DNA from: Candidatus Korarchaeum cryptofilum OPF8
GTDB lineage: Archaea > Korarchaeota > Korarchaeia > Korarchaeales > Korarchaeaceae
Direction of reading: 5' to 3'
Assembly (NCBI RefSeq): GCF_000019605.1
Contig: NC_010482.1
Location: 1,350,001 to 1,382,000 of the forward strand
Length of the DNA stretch: 32,000 bases
Of this stretch, positions 16,725 to 26,305 are shown piece by piece. The notes under the pieces were generated by a model that was given only the letters and a program-made list of their open reading frames with translations, was not told the origin of the DNA and did no database searches. How positions within the stretch are numbered: position 1 is the first letter of the stretch; each line of letters begins with the position of its first letter. Both the position numbers and the translations under genes were made by a program.

Positions 16725-17241
16725 ACTCCTTGATCCCCGATATCCTCATCCTGGGCCCCAGTTCCTCCATTGGGGATACCCTGTAGAAGCTCGCTCTCAG
16801 ACCTTCCTCGGAGGCGAGGATGAGGGATATATCGAAATTTTTGAGCTCCTCCAGCTTAACAGACCTCACATTGAATGATTTAGCGAGCAATTCAGCTTCA
16901 TTCTCAAGCTCATCCGGGGATGCTACACAAAATCTTTTGGAAGGAGGTGCTCTCTTCTTAGTTATCTCCCTCCTCAGGGAGACCCCACTCAGGCTAACTA
17001 TTGATATAGGCTTCAAATGGGATGGAGTTGGCTCATAAAATGTTAGGGAGGAGGGATTCCCCCTCTGGGTCCCAACTACGATAACTCTATCGGCCCCTAT
17101 CTTGATAGCCAACTCATTGAGGTCCTCAAGGGACATCTTCCCCCTGTTCCTCCTAGTGGAGTTTGGCAGCACGTGATAGAGGTCTCTGACGAAGGATCTC
17201 GTCCTCTTAGATGGCCTCCTAGTTGTAGTTATCAGGATCAA
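16705..17241 (-). CDS. Brix-domain (Imp4-like) ribosome biogenesis protein
   Basis: N-terminus MILITTTRRPSKRTRSFVRDL and NRGKMSLEDL match archaeal Brix proteins; 178 aa. Confidence 0.85.
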   Translation of the reverse strand: MILITTTRRPSKRTRSFVRDLYHVLPNSTRRNRGKMSLEDLNELAIKIGADRVIVVGTQRGNPSSLTFYEPTPSHLKPISIVSLSGVSLRREITKKRAPPSKRFCVASPDELENEAELLAKSFNVRSVKLEELKNFDISLILASEEGLRASFYRVSPMEELGPRMRISGIKEYGEGLS

Positions 17242-17486
17242 GATGTCTCCCTTGCAAGCTCCGCACCTCTAGCTACAGCGGTGAAAGGCTCCCATGCGCC
17301 CCCTGTGAAGACCTTCCCGCACTTCTTGCAGCTCCAGACTCCCAGCCTCAATCTCCTCACAGCTTGAGCTCCGCAGTAAGGGCACTTGTAAGTCCTCTTG
17401 CTCTTCTGGAGTATGAACTCAACCCTCTTCCTTATCTTCGAACCATATCTCGTCGTCCTGAGCTTGCTCCTCGGGGGCCTAGTCAT
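17238..17486 (-). CDS. rpl37ae: 50S ribosomal protein L37Ae (eL43)
   Basis: TRYGSKIRKR plus the zinc ribbon CPYCG...CKKCG...FTGGAW; 82 aa. Confidence 0.93.
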   Translation of the reverse strand: MTRPPRSKLRTTRYGSKIRKRVEFILQKSKRTYKCPYCGAQAVRRLRLGVWSCKKCGKVFTGGAWEPFTAVARGAELARETS

Positions 17487-17487
17487 C

Positions 17488-18294
17488 TCATATCGCCTCT
17501 CTCACTATCCTAGCTAGTTCGGGCCACTTGCTCCTAGCTACGTTGACAATATTTAAAATCTCCTCCACGGTGAAGGTGCCATGCCTCTTCTGCACTGAGC
17601 AGACCTTCCCATCCTTGTTTATCGCCACTGTAATAGATGCGTCGGAAACGCTTTCCTCCTCTAGAGTCGGATCCAGTAATATCTTGCTCCCTATCTTGAC
17701 GAAGCTGAAGTTTATCGGTATATCCTTGAGCTCCAGCTTCCTCTTACTCTCCTTAACTTCTATCTCACCGTTCTCCTTCAGCTCTACCTCAGGTATCTCC
17801 GATCTCCCCAGGGCTATTAAGCTGGCTAGCGTGAGGGAATCCTCAAGGTTACCATCGTAGTCGAGCACGTACATATCCAAGAATATCATGTACACCAGTT
17901 TGCCGGGCAGTATGACTAAAGATCCGAGATCTATGGCATCAGCGCTCCTTATCGCCCTATCAACTACCCTAGCGAGCTCTATTGCCCCTTCATCGGGCGG
18001 ACCCGGCTCGAAAGTCGGGGAGGCGACTGGAAGGAGCTCGGCATTAGATACGAAGACCCCCTTATCAGGAGTATCCGGAAAGGGCTCCCCCAGATCGGCT
18101 TTAACTCCGACCAAAACTTGAGTCTCTCCTAGCTTCAGCCAAGCCTCCCCCTCAGCTTTCGTGAAAGTACCATTGAGGACCTCTATGGGCCTGTACTCAT
18201 GGAGGCCCCTTCCATCCACCCTCTGCCCCTTCTCAACGAGATCCCTTATGTAATCCTTCATTAAATTGTGGGTCAGAATCTCCTGATCGAACAT
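17488..18294 (-). CDS. rrp42: exosome complex RNase PH-like subunit Rrp42
   Basis: 268 aa with an RNase PH fold (QRVDGRGLHEYRPIEV...). It follows rrp41 with a 1-nt overlap. Confidence 0.9.
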   Translation of the reverse strand: MFDQEILTHNLMKDYIRDLVEKGQRVDGRGLHEYRPIEVLNGTFTKAEGEAWLKLGETQVLVGVKADLGEPFPDTPDKGVFVSNAELLPVASPTFEPGPPDEGAIELARVVDRAIRSADAIDLGSLVILPGKLVYMIFLDMYVLDYDGNLEDSLTLASLIALGRSEIPEVELKENGEIEVKESKRKLELKDIPINFSFVKIGSKILLDPTLEEESVSDASITVAINKDGKVCSVQKRHGTFTVEEILNIVNVARSKWPELARIVREAI

Positions 18295-19040
18295 CAGACC
18301 ACCCTCCTCTCCACGAGATAATAAGGCCTCTTCAGGGCCTCCTTCTGAACCTCATAGACGAACCTTATCGCCCTCCTTCCGAGATCCAATGCTTCCTTGA
18401 ACTCCTCCTCGCTCAAAGTACCGTCAGCTTGAAGTAGAGTTATCTCCTCCGACTCCATCATCATGGCCAGGGGCATGTCGGAATCCCCCCACATGTCCTC
18501 GTCGTGATTCGGATCCACCACGATGAAGCTCCCTACCCTTCCTACGGAGCAGGCGGATACGAGGCCCCTCATCGCCACCCCCGCGCTGGCTAGTGCTAGA
18601 GAGGCGGCATTTATCCCAGCCACTCTGGTCCCGGCATCAGATCTTAGGACCTCTACGAATATATCTATGACAGATCCTGGGTAATTTTCAGCGAAAATAG
18701 CGGGCTTCAAAGCTTCCCTTATGACTTTAGATAGCTCTATGCTCCTCCTATCAGGCCCGGGCCTCCTCCTCTCCGGGGTGGAGAAGGGGGCCATGTTGTA
18801 CCTCGCCCTTATCAGGGCCCTATCCGGTAGTACCATGTGCTTCGGATGTACCTCTCTAGGACCGAAGACAGCAGCTAGAATCCTGTTTCCTCCCCATTCA
18901 ACGAAAGCCGATCCATCAGCTTTCTCCAAAACCCCCACCATCATTTTTATGGGCCTCATTTCATGGGGGAGCCTTCCATCAGTCCTTATACCCTCCTCAG
19001 TTATCAACCTCTCGGGTTTCCTCTCTACGTAGAGTGGCAT
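18294..19040 (-). CDS. rrp41: exosome complex exonuclease Rrp41
   Basis: 248 aa, RNase PH family (GIRTDGRLPHEMRPIKM..., DAGTR). Confidence 0.9.
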   Translation of the reverse strand: MPLYVERKPERLITEEGIRTDGRLPHEMRPIKMMVGVLEKADGSAFVEWGGNRILAAVFGPREVHPKHMVLPDRALIRARYNMAPFSTPERRRPGPDRRSIELSKVIREALKPAIFAENYPGSVIDIFVEVLRSDAGTRVAGINAASLALASAGVAMRGLVSACSVGRVGSFIVVDPNHDEDMWGDSDMPLAMMMESEEITLLQADGTLSEEEFKEALDLGRRAIRFVYEVQKEALKRPYYLVERRVV

Positions 19041-19044
19041 GGTA

Positions 19045-19755
19045 TCACCTACTCAACTCCTGGGAGAGGAGCGAGGAGATCCTGTCGCTCAGTCCTGAGA
19101 CATGGGATTCCTCCTCTATCTTCTTGAGAGCCTTCTCCAGGACTATTAGCTCCTTGACCGAGGGTGGCTTCACCCAGATCCTACCGTTATTCGCAACTAT
19201 TATCTCGCTCCTAGTCGCCTCCTTCAGCATCGATAGCATAGATTGCCTCTTCCCTATGACCCTGGGAACTTTCGCCGGATCTACTTCCAGCAAGTAGCCG
19301 CCTTCGAGCTTCCCCAATCCCTCAGCATCTATCGTGAGTATGAGCGAGGAAGCCCCATCGAATGACCTAACTTTAGCTAGGATCACATCCCCTATCTTCA
19401 GGTCGTATTTCTTCAGATCGACCCTCTCAGCTCTCCTCTGGATCGGTAGAGCGCCTTGATAGGGGCTCCTTATATCTACCAGGATCGTGTTCCCGCTTAT
19501 CTTCGAGACTATGCCTATCACTAAATCATCCTCCTTCGGTATATAAGCTCCGACTAAGGGGACTATGGATATCTCATCATCCTTCAAGCTCACCAGACCG
19601 AGTTTTTTAGACCTTATCGTACCGCTCTCATCTACGTAAACATCCTTCCCCGGTTTTACCTTACCCCTAGCCAGGGGTTGACCGGGTATCACTACTTCCT
19701 TATCCCTAACTAAAAGAGTGACCTCACTCAACTTTAGCCTGACCTCCCATCTCAC
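19045..19755 (-). CDS. rrp4: exosome cap subunit Rrp4 (S1 + KH domains)
   Basis: 236 aa with N-terminal VIPGQPLA, then S1-like and KH-like regions. GTG start at 19755 overlaps the SBDS 3' end by 32 nt. An alternative TTG is at 19731. Confidence 0.85.
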
Positions 19756-20410
19756 CTATCCTCTCGAAAAGTAGCATTTGGGAGCCTACAGGTACTTCAG
19801 CCACTAAAGTGACCTTTTCCCCATCATCGGACCACTTCTCAGATATTATGTTGCCCTGCCCGAGCAATAAGGATCTGGCCTTAGCCCAAGCTGATGAGGG
19901 TACAGTCACCACCATCTTAACTAAGCCCGTCTTGAGGGGGAGTATCTTCCTAAGCTGCTCCACCACATCCTTAATCTGCTGCTCCGGATCCTTCATGGGA
20001 TCTATCCTTACTTTAGCCTCTTTCATAGCCTTCTCTATCCTGGCTACTGGATGCGGTAGGTTAGTCTGGGGATCGACGAAGTTCTTATGAATGTAATTTA
20101 TTATCCACCTGATCTTCTCCTCCTGCAGTTTCTTCCTATATTCAGCGGTAAGCTGAACTTCTCCCTCCCTCAGGATGGTCTCAGCTATGCTGTAGAGATC
20201 CGTCGTCCCGAAGGCCTTCTTCAGCTCCGAAGATGGAGCTACCTCGGATTTCCTGGCATCAGTGAATACGCTCTCCACGGCTAGTATGCTCTTGATATCC
20301 ACTTGCTTTCCCTCCTTGAATTGATATGCCTTATCCGGGTAGACGAATATCTCGAACCTCTTCCCGGCCCGCGTTATCCTCGCTATCACGGGCTCAGGCA
20401 AAAGAATCAC
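19724..20410 (-). CDS. sdo1: SBDS (Shwachman-Bodian-Diamond syndrome protein) ortholog
   Basis: 228 aa. N-terminal FYSH-domain pattern ([25 protein letters not shown]) and its position in the superoperon. Confidence 0.88.
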
Positions 20411-21126
20411 CCTTCGCTTCCCCTCGCTAAGTTTACGTATTTTGCTATCTCATCCTTCTGGAGCTCCCTGAATTTCCTCGTATTCACATCTATAGTCGCT
20501 ATCTCCAGATAGTTCTCATTGACTTCCTCCTCCTCGGATTCCATCGCCACCTTCACCGCATACTTTATGCACTCATCTAAGGAGAATTCCTGCTTGAAGC
20601 TCTGTCTGAATGTCTCATTCACCTTATCCGAGTTCTTTCCCACAGCGAAAGCTGCGTAATCGTAATATGCCCCTCCGGGATGCGTCACGTAGAGCTCCGG
20701 GCCCTCATCTATCCCTCCTATTATTATCATGACACCGAAGGGCCTCAAGCCAGCGTACTGTGTGAACTGCTGTTTGTAAAGAGCGAGCCTCTTAGCCAAA
20801 TTCTTCACCGTTATCGGTTCTCCATATATCAGCCTATTGTACTGAGCTTCCATCCTCCCCCTCTCTATCAGAACTAAGCCATCGCCGACCAATCCAGCAG
20901 CTATAGCTCCTATGTGCTCATCTATCCTGTATATCTTCTCAGGGGGGGTAGCTAGGGGGGATAGGTACTTCCTAACGGCTAAGAGGACCACACCATCCTT
21001 GCACTTCATCCCTATAGCTAGGGGTGTCCTCTTGGTAGCTGAGAGCGCGTACTCTACTTGGAGGAGCCTCCCATCCGGACTGAATACCGTTATAGCTCTA
21101 TCATATCCCGTGACCTGAGGAAACAT
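20407..21126 (-). CDS. psmA: proteasome alpha subunit
   Basis: Signature YDRAITVFSPDGRLLQVEYA. ATG 21126 is preceded by GAGGTG with 5-nt spacing. The ORF-track start (GTG 21132) is 2 codons longer. Confidence 0.93.
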   Translation of the reverse strand: MFPQVTGYDRAITVFSPDGRLLQVEYALSATKRTPLAIGMKCKDGVVLLAVRKYLSPLATPPEKIYRIDEHIGAIAAGLVGDGLVLIERGRMEAQYNRLIYGEPITVKNLAKRLALYKQQFTQYAGLRPFGVMIIIGGIDEGPELYVTHPGGAYYDYAAFAVGKNSDKVNETFRQSFKQEFSLDECIKYAVKVAMESEEEEVNENYLEIATIDVNTRKFRELQKDEIAKYVNLARGSEG

Positions 21127-21163
21127 ATTCACACCTCACTCCTCACTCAGTAGTGTGATGAGG

Positions 21164-21171
21164 TTATAAAA
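21164..21171 (-). promoter_or_regulatory. TATA box (TTTTATAA on minus strand) for the psmA-to-pcc1 transcription unit
   Basis: Lies about 40 nt upstream of the psmA ATG and leaves room for the GAGGTG Shine-Dalgarno-like leader. Confidence 0.5.
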
Positions 21172-21416
21172 TCATTGCCCGCTAAAACACAGCTCTCATG
21201 GCTGGGATAGTTAGAGAGTCCAATTTTTGAAGCTTTAATACCTCATTAACGCGATTAAATCGGGAAGTTCCCATCTGGAGGATGCTAAAGTCTGAGAAGA
21301 TCCTATCGGAATGGAGGAGAGTCTTATCCTCAAGTAGGATCTATGACTATCTTTCACTTTGAAGCATGAGCCTCAAATCCATAATGGAGAGCTCTCTGCA
21401 CCAGAAATGCTGTAGG

Positions 21417-21743
21417 CTATTTCTTATCATGGATCCTCGAGCAAACCTCCTTTATCTTCCTGAGGTTTCCAGATAGGCCGATCACATCTATCTCACTGCA
21501 TTCAGTATATTTGAGGATAAGTAGCGCTGTCAGCACAGCTTTAACTGAGCTCTCACTCGCCCTTATCACGGAGATCTCTCTATTCAAGTTGATAACTGAT
21601 ATCTTACTATAAGATAGACATTTGAGCCCACCAATAATCATGAGAGTTTTTCTTGTCTTATCTAGGAGCGGATAGCCCTCAGGATGCCTGACGCATACGT
21701 ATCTTCTCCTCTCCTTCAGGTCAATCGGTATCTTGAATTTCAA
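21417..21743 (-). CDS. rnp2: RNase P protein component 2 (Pop5/Rpp14)
   Basis: 108 aa; the LKERRRYVCV start and IGLSGNLRKIKE pattern match Pop5. It follows Rpp30 as in other archaea. Confidence 0.75.
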   Translation of the reverse strand: MKFKIPIDLKERRRYVCVRHPEGYPLLDKTRKTLMIIGGLKCLSYSKISVINLNREISVIRASESSVKAVLTALLILKYTECSEIDVIGLSGNLRKIKEVCSRIHDKK

Positions 21744-22362
21744 CCTCGCTCCTTCCCTTAAGCTTAAGTTTCCTCTCCTTGCTGATCATATATGTCGGGA
21801 AATCCTTAACGAACCTCTTGGATTCCTCCCTCCTGAGATCGAAGAAGAACTCCGAGAAGGATATCATGAGCCTGGGTGGCACCAGCTCCCTCTCCTCGGA
21901 TGCGAAGCTGCATAATATCGGGTATACCCCTATTCTAATAGCCATCCTCAGTTCCAAATAAACGGATCTCAGCACCTGAGCCCTCTCGCTCATCCTCCTG
22001 ATCAAGTAGCTCAGGGGGATCACTAGAGCTCCTTCATTCCTCTTCAATTGTCTCAAGCTGACGTAATCTATCCTGGGCCTCTCCGAATCGTAAGTCGCTA
22101 TCATCCCATCGACCGAGGACGCTATTCTCCTCGCATCCTCCAAAGAAGAGGGTTTCGCTAAGATTAGTTCTGCCCCTCTGAGCTTCTGCCTCGATCTACG
22201 GTCCATTCCATCAGCTAAAGCCACTTTAAATGTCTTAATTGGTCCAGATTCTACCTCGAAGTCCCCGAGGATCCCTAAAATCCCATAACCAAGGGATCCG
22301 GCCTTCTCCACCATCCTGCTACAATCATCAACGCTCCTAGGCGCTATGAGATCTGCGTACAA
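21721..22362 (-). CDS. rnp3: RNase P protein component 3 (Rpp30)
   Basis: 213 aa; MYADLIAP start with a PHP/TIM-barrel-like pattern; superoperon position between DUF54 and Pop5. Confidence 0.75.
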   Translation of the reverse strand: MYADLIAPRSVDDCSRMVEKAGSLGYGILGILGDFEVESGPIKTFKVALADGMDRRSRQKLRGAELILAKPSSLEDARRIASSVDGMIATYDSERPRIDYVSLRQLKRNEGALVIPLSYLIRRMSERAQVLRSVYLELRMAIRIGVYPILCSFASEERELVPPRLMISFSEFFFDLRREESKRFVKDFPTYMISKERKLKLKGRSEVEIQDTD

Positions 22363-22769
22363 GACTCACCGACCTTCCTAATCTCCTCAATCTCCGAGGC
22401 GCTCTTGAAAGAGAATTTTATCCTTATATATCCTCCCGGATCCCCCTCATAGATCTTAAACCTTCCGAGGGCCAGATCCTGTTTAGAGAGCCTTATGTAA
22501 AGATGTCTCCCCTCAACGTACCTCTCTATATTATCTAAAAGGGAGGAGAGCTCGAAATCGCTCAAAGAACATATTACCTTCCTCAATAATTCCTCAGCTC
22601 TCTCCCCGCTCAAATTGCATGTGAGGACCTTGAAAGAGTAACCGTAGTGGCTCGATACCCTCTCCTCCCTTATCTCGCAATCGCATAGGGAGAGGAGTAG
22701 AGACCTAACTCTCTCCTCTACCTCGGATGGATACAGCATCGTCGATATCTCAGCTGAGAGCAGCTTCAA
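22344..22769 (-). CDS. DUF54/UPF0201 predicted RNA-binding protein of the exosome superoperon
   Basis: 141 aa; pattern ...[10 protein letters not shown]...[13 protein letters not shown]... and its conserved position directly after L15e. Confidence 0.65.
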   Translation of the reverse strand: MKLLSAEISTMLYPSEVEERVRSLLLSLCDCEIREERVSSHYGYSFKVLTCNLSGERAEELLRKVICSLSDFELSSLLDNIERYVEGRHLYIRLSKQDLALGRFKIYEGDPGGYIRIKFSFKSASEIEEIRKVGESCTQIS

Positions 22770-23374
22770 CCTAATTTCCTCTTCCTCTTGAACCTCTTCA
22801 CGAAATCAGGTATCCCCCTAGATGATCTCAGGCCCCTCGCCTTCTTCCCGGCGCTAGTGAGCCCTCTGAATACCCTCCTCTTGTTCGCCGGGTTCAGGAT
22901 CCAGTTTATCCTCGGATCCGAGGAGATGACTGGGTGGTGAGGGTCCACCATTATCACCTCATACCAGTAGTACTTCCCGTCCTCAGCTACGTAATAGGAG
23001 TTCAGCACCTCCAAGTTTGGGAACTTCCTCGCTGCCCTCTCCTCAGCTATCCACCTTATGCTCTTCTTCGGGGTCAACTTCAGTATACCTAGGCCAGCGG
23101 GCTTCCTCCCACTCCTGGGCCTGGCCTTCCTCCTGCCACCTTTCCTCACCCTCACTCTGACTACTACGAACCCCTGCTTAGCTCTGTAGCCCAGGGATCT
23201 AGCTCTATCAGGTCTAGTCGGCCTCTCCACTCTAACGACAGCCGGTTCCCTCCTCCAACTTATTAGTCTCTCCCTCCAGAGCTTAATGAGCTCCGGATCC
23301 TCCTTCCTCTTCCTCCAGACCAGCTTCTCCATGTACCTACCGGCGACGACCAAGTTTGGCACCCTCAGAGGCAA
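22766..23374 (-). CDS. rpl15e: 50S ribosomal protein L15e (eL15)
   Basis: [41 protein letters not shown] is diagnostic. The start is ambiguous: TTG 23374 (track), GTG 23362, TTG 23353 or ATG 23332. A conserved Tyr upstream of ATG 23332 argues for one of the earlier starts. Confidence 0.92.
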   Translation of the reverse strand: MPLRVPNLVVAGRYMEKLVWRKRKEDPELIKLWRERLISWRREPAVVRVERPTRPDRARSLGYRAKQGFVVVRVRVRKGGRRKARPRSGRKPAGLGILKLTPKKSIRWIAEERAARKFPNLEVLNSYYVAEDGKYYWYEVIMVDPHHPVISSDPRINWILNPANKRRVFRGLTSAGKKARGLRSSRGIPDFVKRFKRKRKLG

Positions 23375-23385
23375 TGCTTATCTCA

Positions 23386-23392
23386 TTTTAAA
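23386..23392. promoter_or_regulatory. near-palindromic TATA-like box TTTTAAA between rpl15e and the GTPase gene
   Basis: The centre is about 26 nt from ATG 23415 (plus) and about 27 nt from GTG 23362 (minus). This suggests leaderless transcripts in both directions. Confidence 0.5.
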
Positions 23393-23414
23393 GCTTGACA
23401 TACATGATGGGGAG

Positions 23415-24608
23415 ATGCTCATAGGGGTGGTCGGCAAGACTAACGTCGGTAAAACGACTTTCTTCTCAGCAGCGACTCTAGTAGATGCGGCCAGGGAGAA
23501 CAGGCCCTTCGTCACGATTGAGCCCAATGAGGGGATCGGTTACGTCAGAGTTAAGTCCGTCTGCACTGAGTTCGGGGTTAGATGCCAGCCCAAGTATGGG
23601 TGGTGCAACGGAACCCATAGGTTCGTCCCAGTCAAGCTCCTGGATGTAGCTGGCCTAGTCAGGGGAGCTCATAAGGGGAGGGGTTTGGGGAACAAGTTCC
23701 TAGATGATTTGAGGAGGGCTAGCGTCAATATAATAGTGGTCGATGCCTCCGGCTCCACTGATGATGAGGGTAATCCAGTTCCCCCCTTCACCCACGACCC
23801 AGTCGAGGATGTGAAGATCGTTAAGGAGGAGTTCTCGAAGTGGATGGCATCTATAATAGAGAGGGCTAAGGGGAAGATCAGGGGAAAGCTTTTGAGCGGT
23901 GCCTCCTACGATGAAGCAATTTATGAAGTTTTAACGGGACTGGAGATAAGCAGAGAAGTGGTAAAGGAGGCCCTGGAATCTCTTTCCATCAAGAAATCGC
24001 CCCTAGATCTCACCATAGATGAGCTGCAGGAACTTTCGAATGAGATACTGAGGAGGGGGAAGCCCTTCGTCATAGCTGCGAATAAGATCGATATCTCAGG
24101 TGCTCAAAAGAATTTGGAGAGATTGAGAAGCTCTTTCGAGGAGCCAGTGATCCCTGTCTCTGCTGAAGCTGAGCTGATACTGAGGAAAGCCTCGAAGGCT
24201 GGTCTAATAAGGTATGAGCCGGGGGACAGGGACTTCGAGATAATAGATGAGGCCAAGCTATCCGAACCCCAGCTGAAGGTCCTGAAAATGATAAGGGAGA
24301 GGGTGCTCAATGAATTCGGAAGTACGGGAGTTCAGGATACTTTAGAAGTCTCCGTTTTCAATGTCTTGGGGATGAAGGTCGTCTTCCCAGTCGAGAATGA
24401 GACAAAGCTCTCCGATAAGGATGGCAATATACTCCCGGATGCCATAATACTACCCAGGGATGGAACGGTATTGGATCTAGCTGAGAAGATCCACAGCGAG
24501 ATCGCGAACAAGGCTTTGCACGGGATTGATGTGAGGAATAAGATGAGGATATCCTTAGACTACGAACTGAAGCATAGGGATGTCGTTAAAATAGTGACAG
24601 CTAGGTAG
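23415..24608 (+). CDS. Obg-family GTPase, YchF/Ygr210-like, with C-terminal TGS domain
   Basis: Starts MLIGVVGKTNVGKTTFFSAAT (G1), with DVAGLV (G3) and NKID (G4), and a TGS-like C-terminus (RDVVKIVT). The 43 codons upstream in the track ORF (from 23286) are antisense to rpl15e and lack homology. Confidence 0.85.
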   Translation: MLIGVVGKTNVGKTTFFSAATLVDAARENRPFVTIEPNEGIGYVRVKSVCTEFGVRCQPKYGWCNGTHRFVPVKLLDVAGLVRGAHKGRGLGNKFLDDLRRASVNIIVVDASGSTDDEGNPVPPFTHDPVEDVKIVKEEFSKWMASIIERAKGKIRGKLLSGASYDEAIYEVLTGLEISREVVKEALESLSIKKSPLDLTIDELQELSNEILRRGKPFVIAANKIDISGAQKNLERLRSSFEEPVIPVSAEAELILRKASKAGLIRYEPGDRDFEIIDEAKLSEPQLKVLKMIRERVLNEFGSTGVQDTLEVSVFNVLGMKVVFPVENETKLSDKDGNILPDAIILPRDGTVLDLAEKIHSEIANKALHGIDVRNKMRISLDYELKHRDVVKIVTAR

Positions 24609-25647
24609 AACAGGACCTGCTTTCCCAAATTAGATCGTTATCGACCTCGCATCCCTCGATAGATGTGCCCGAAGCATTTATAGAGTTCAGCAATTTCGAG
24701 TTGATTACAGAGGATCCCTTGGAGATTATGGAAGATTCTATCGAGGATCTATTTATGAGGGAGCCGCTCATCACTATCGAATTCCTTATAGTTGATCCTA
24801 TCACTTCGGACTGCTGTATGTAAGCTTTAGCTACTTTCGAATCTATTAGCTTGCCATCTATACAGCATGGCCCATCGAAATTACCGTTCATCTCAGCGTT
24901 CCTCCCGATTATCAATGACCCTTCCACTCTGAATCCCTCAGGTACCCTCCTCAGCCCAGATATCATATCGTTTAAGAGCAGTTCCTGAGCCAGGAGGAAA
25001 TCTTCCCTCCTCCCTGCATCAACCCAGGGGCTCATTCTTACGATACCGACCCTCTCCCCCCTCTCAACAGCTTCCGTTATCGCCGATGTCAGCTCTATCT
25101 CGCCCCTGGGGGAGGGGCCCAAACCCCTGAGTATATCGAATATTGATTGGGATAGGAGGAAGACTCCAGCGACCACTAAATTCGATGGCTCCTCCCCTCT
25201 CCTGGGTTTCTCTACTATCCTCTTTAGGAGATTCCCCTCAGCTTCGATGACGCCGAACTCCCAGGGCCTCTCCACGGGGGCTACCGCGACTAAATGATCG
25301 TACTTATCCCTCTCAGATAAAAAAATTTCAAGGAATCCCGGTGGAATATAGATGTCCGAGTATAGGAGGAGGAGATCTTCTTTAACGGAATCCTCGAGCT
25401 TGAGGACCGCATGGCCGGTCCCCAGGGGCTCGCCCTGATCCACCAAATTGACCCCATATTTGGATCGATATCCTAGGAATAGCTCCTTCATGTAGCACAC
25501 GACTACATAGACTTCAGGCGAATTGAGGAGGGCTAAATTATGATCTAGAAGGGTTGAGCAAGCGATGGGTAATAGGGGTTTAGGTATGGAGTCAGTGGCG
25601 GGCCTTAACCTGTTTCCCTTACCCGCCGCTAGCAGCGCTACTTTCAA
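24601..25647 (-). CDS. sugar-1-phosphate nucleotidyltransferase with C-terminal left-handed beta-helix
   Basis: N-terminal KVALLAAGKGNRLRP...PKPLLPI motif (TTG start at 25647). The C-terminal part has an imperfect hexapeptide-like periodicity. Confidence 0.85.
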   Translation of the reverse strand: MKVALLAAGKGNRLRPATDSIPKPLLPIACSTLLDHNLALLNSPEVYVVVCYMKELFLGYRSKYGVNLVDQGEPLGTGHAVLKLEDSVKEDLLLLYSDIYIPPGFLEIFLSERDKYDHLVAVAPVERPWEFGVIEAEGNLLKRIVEKPRRGEEPSNLVVAGVFLLSQSIFDILRGLGPSPRGEIELTSAITEAVERGERVGIVRMSPWVDAGRREDFLLAQELLLNDMISGLRRVPEGFRVEGSLIIGRNAEMNGNFDGPCCIDGKLIDSKVAKAYIQQSEVIGSTIRNSIVMSGSLINRSSIESSIISKGSSVINSKLLNSINASGTSIEGCEVDNDLIWESRSCST

Positions 25648-26251
25648 TCCTCTCCTCAGCCTCTCTCTCCGATGGCTTAAGGATCACCATCTTCCTGAGC
25701 TCGACGTATTTGATAGGCGCTATCTTTGAGGAGATCCTCTGTATCTCGGAGGTGACTGGGAGAGGGTTACCGAATATGAAGGATCTTATGATCTCCTCCA
25801 CCGTATAGTTCGGAATTATGCTCCTGACGTACTCATCAACTTTCTCCCTTATCGCGTGCTTCTGGCTGCTCCTTATCCTAGTCACCGTGATTATCAGGGT
25901 GAATATCCTGACATAATTGCCGTCCTTAGTTACCCCTTCCGATTGAATGTCCACCCTCGAGCTCCTCCTCTGGATTATCGATCTCATGTAATCCTTGTTC
26001 AGCATCTCCTTCACGAACCTGGCGTAAGCCTTGTTGCCCTCCACCTTGAATATCTTGAACCAGAGCTTGTACTTCTCGTGCATGAAGTCGCCAGTTATAT
26101 CCCTGACTACTACCTCAACGTTCCTCCCTATCAGGCTCTCCGGATCGCTAGCGGGTGTCTCCCCTATCCACTGACCTGGAAATATATCGAAAGCATATGT
26201 GTTGTACCAGGTCTTAGTTTTGACTTTACCATGCGCCTTCCTACTCGACAT
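25619..26251 (-). CDS. rps3ae: 30S ribosomal protein S3Ae (eS1)
   Basis: MSSRKAHGKVKTKTWYNTYAF...IGRNVEV...GDF... matches S3Ae. ATG 26251 gives the canonical N-terminus. The track ORF extends 20 codons further, to 26311. Confidence 0.9.
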   Translation of the reverse strand: MSSRKAHGKVKTKTWYNTYAFDIFPGQWIGETPASDPESLIGRNVEVVVRDITGDFMHEKYKLWFKIFKVEGNKAYARFVKEMLNKDYMRSIIQRRSSRVDIQSEGVTKDGNYVRIFTLIITVTRIRSSQKHAIREKVDEYVRSIIPNYTVEEIIRSFIFGNPLPVTSEIQRISSKIAPIKYVELRKMVILKPSEREAEERIESSAASGG

Positions 26252-26282
26252 TCCGATCCCTACCATCGGGTGATGGGTTGCT

Positions 26283-26290
26283 ATTATAAT
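26283..26290. promoter_or_regulatory. perfect palindromic TATA-like box ATTATAAT between rps3ae and ecfA1
   Basis: The centre is about 20-35 nt from candidate starts on both strands (26266/26251 minus; 26306/26312/26321 plus). Confidence 0.45.
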
Positions 26291-26305
26291 CTTTTTTGAC
26301 AGTTC

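Noticed and set aside
21155-21161. C-box-like GTGATGA in the Pop5-psmA gap, as the start of a C/D sRNA.
   Set aside because: There is no CTGA D box within 40-70 nt downstream on that strand and no matching arrangement on the other strand.
23286-23414. 43-codon N-terminal extension of the YchF-like GTPase given by the ORF track.
   Set aside because: The extension runs antisense through the rpl15e 5' end and precedes the canonical G1 N-terminus (MLIGVVGKTNVGKT). ATG 23415, about 26 nt downstream of a TATA-like box, is a far better start.
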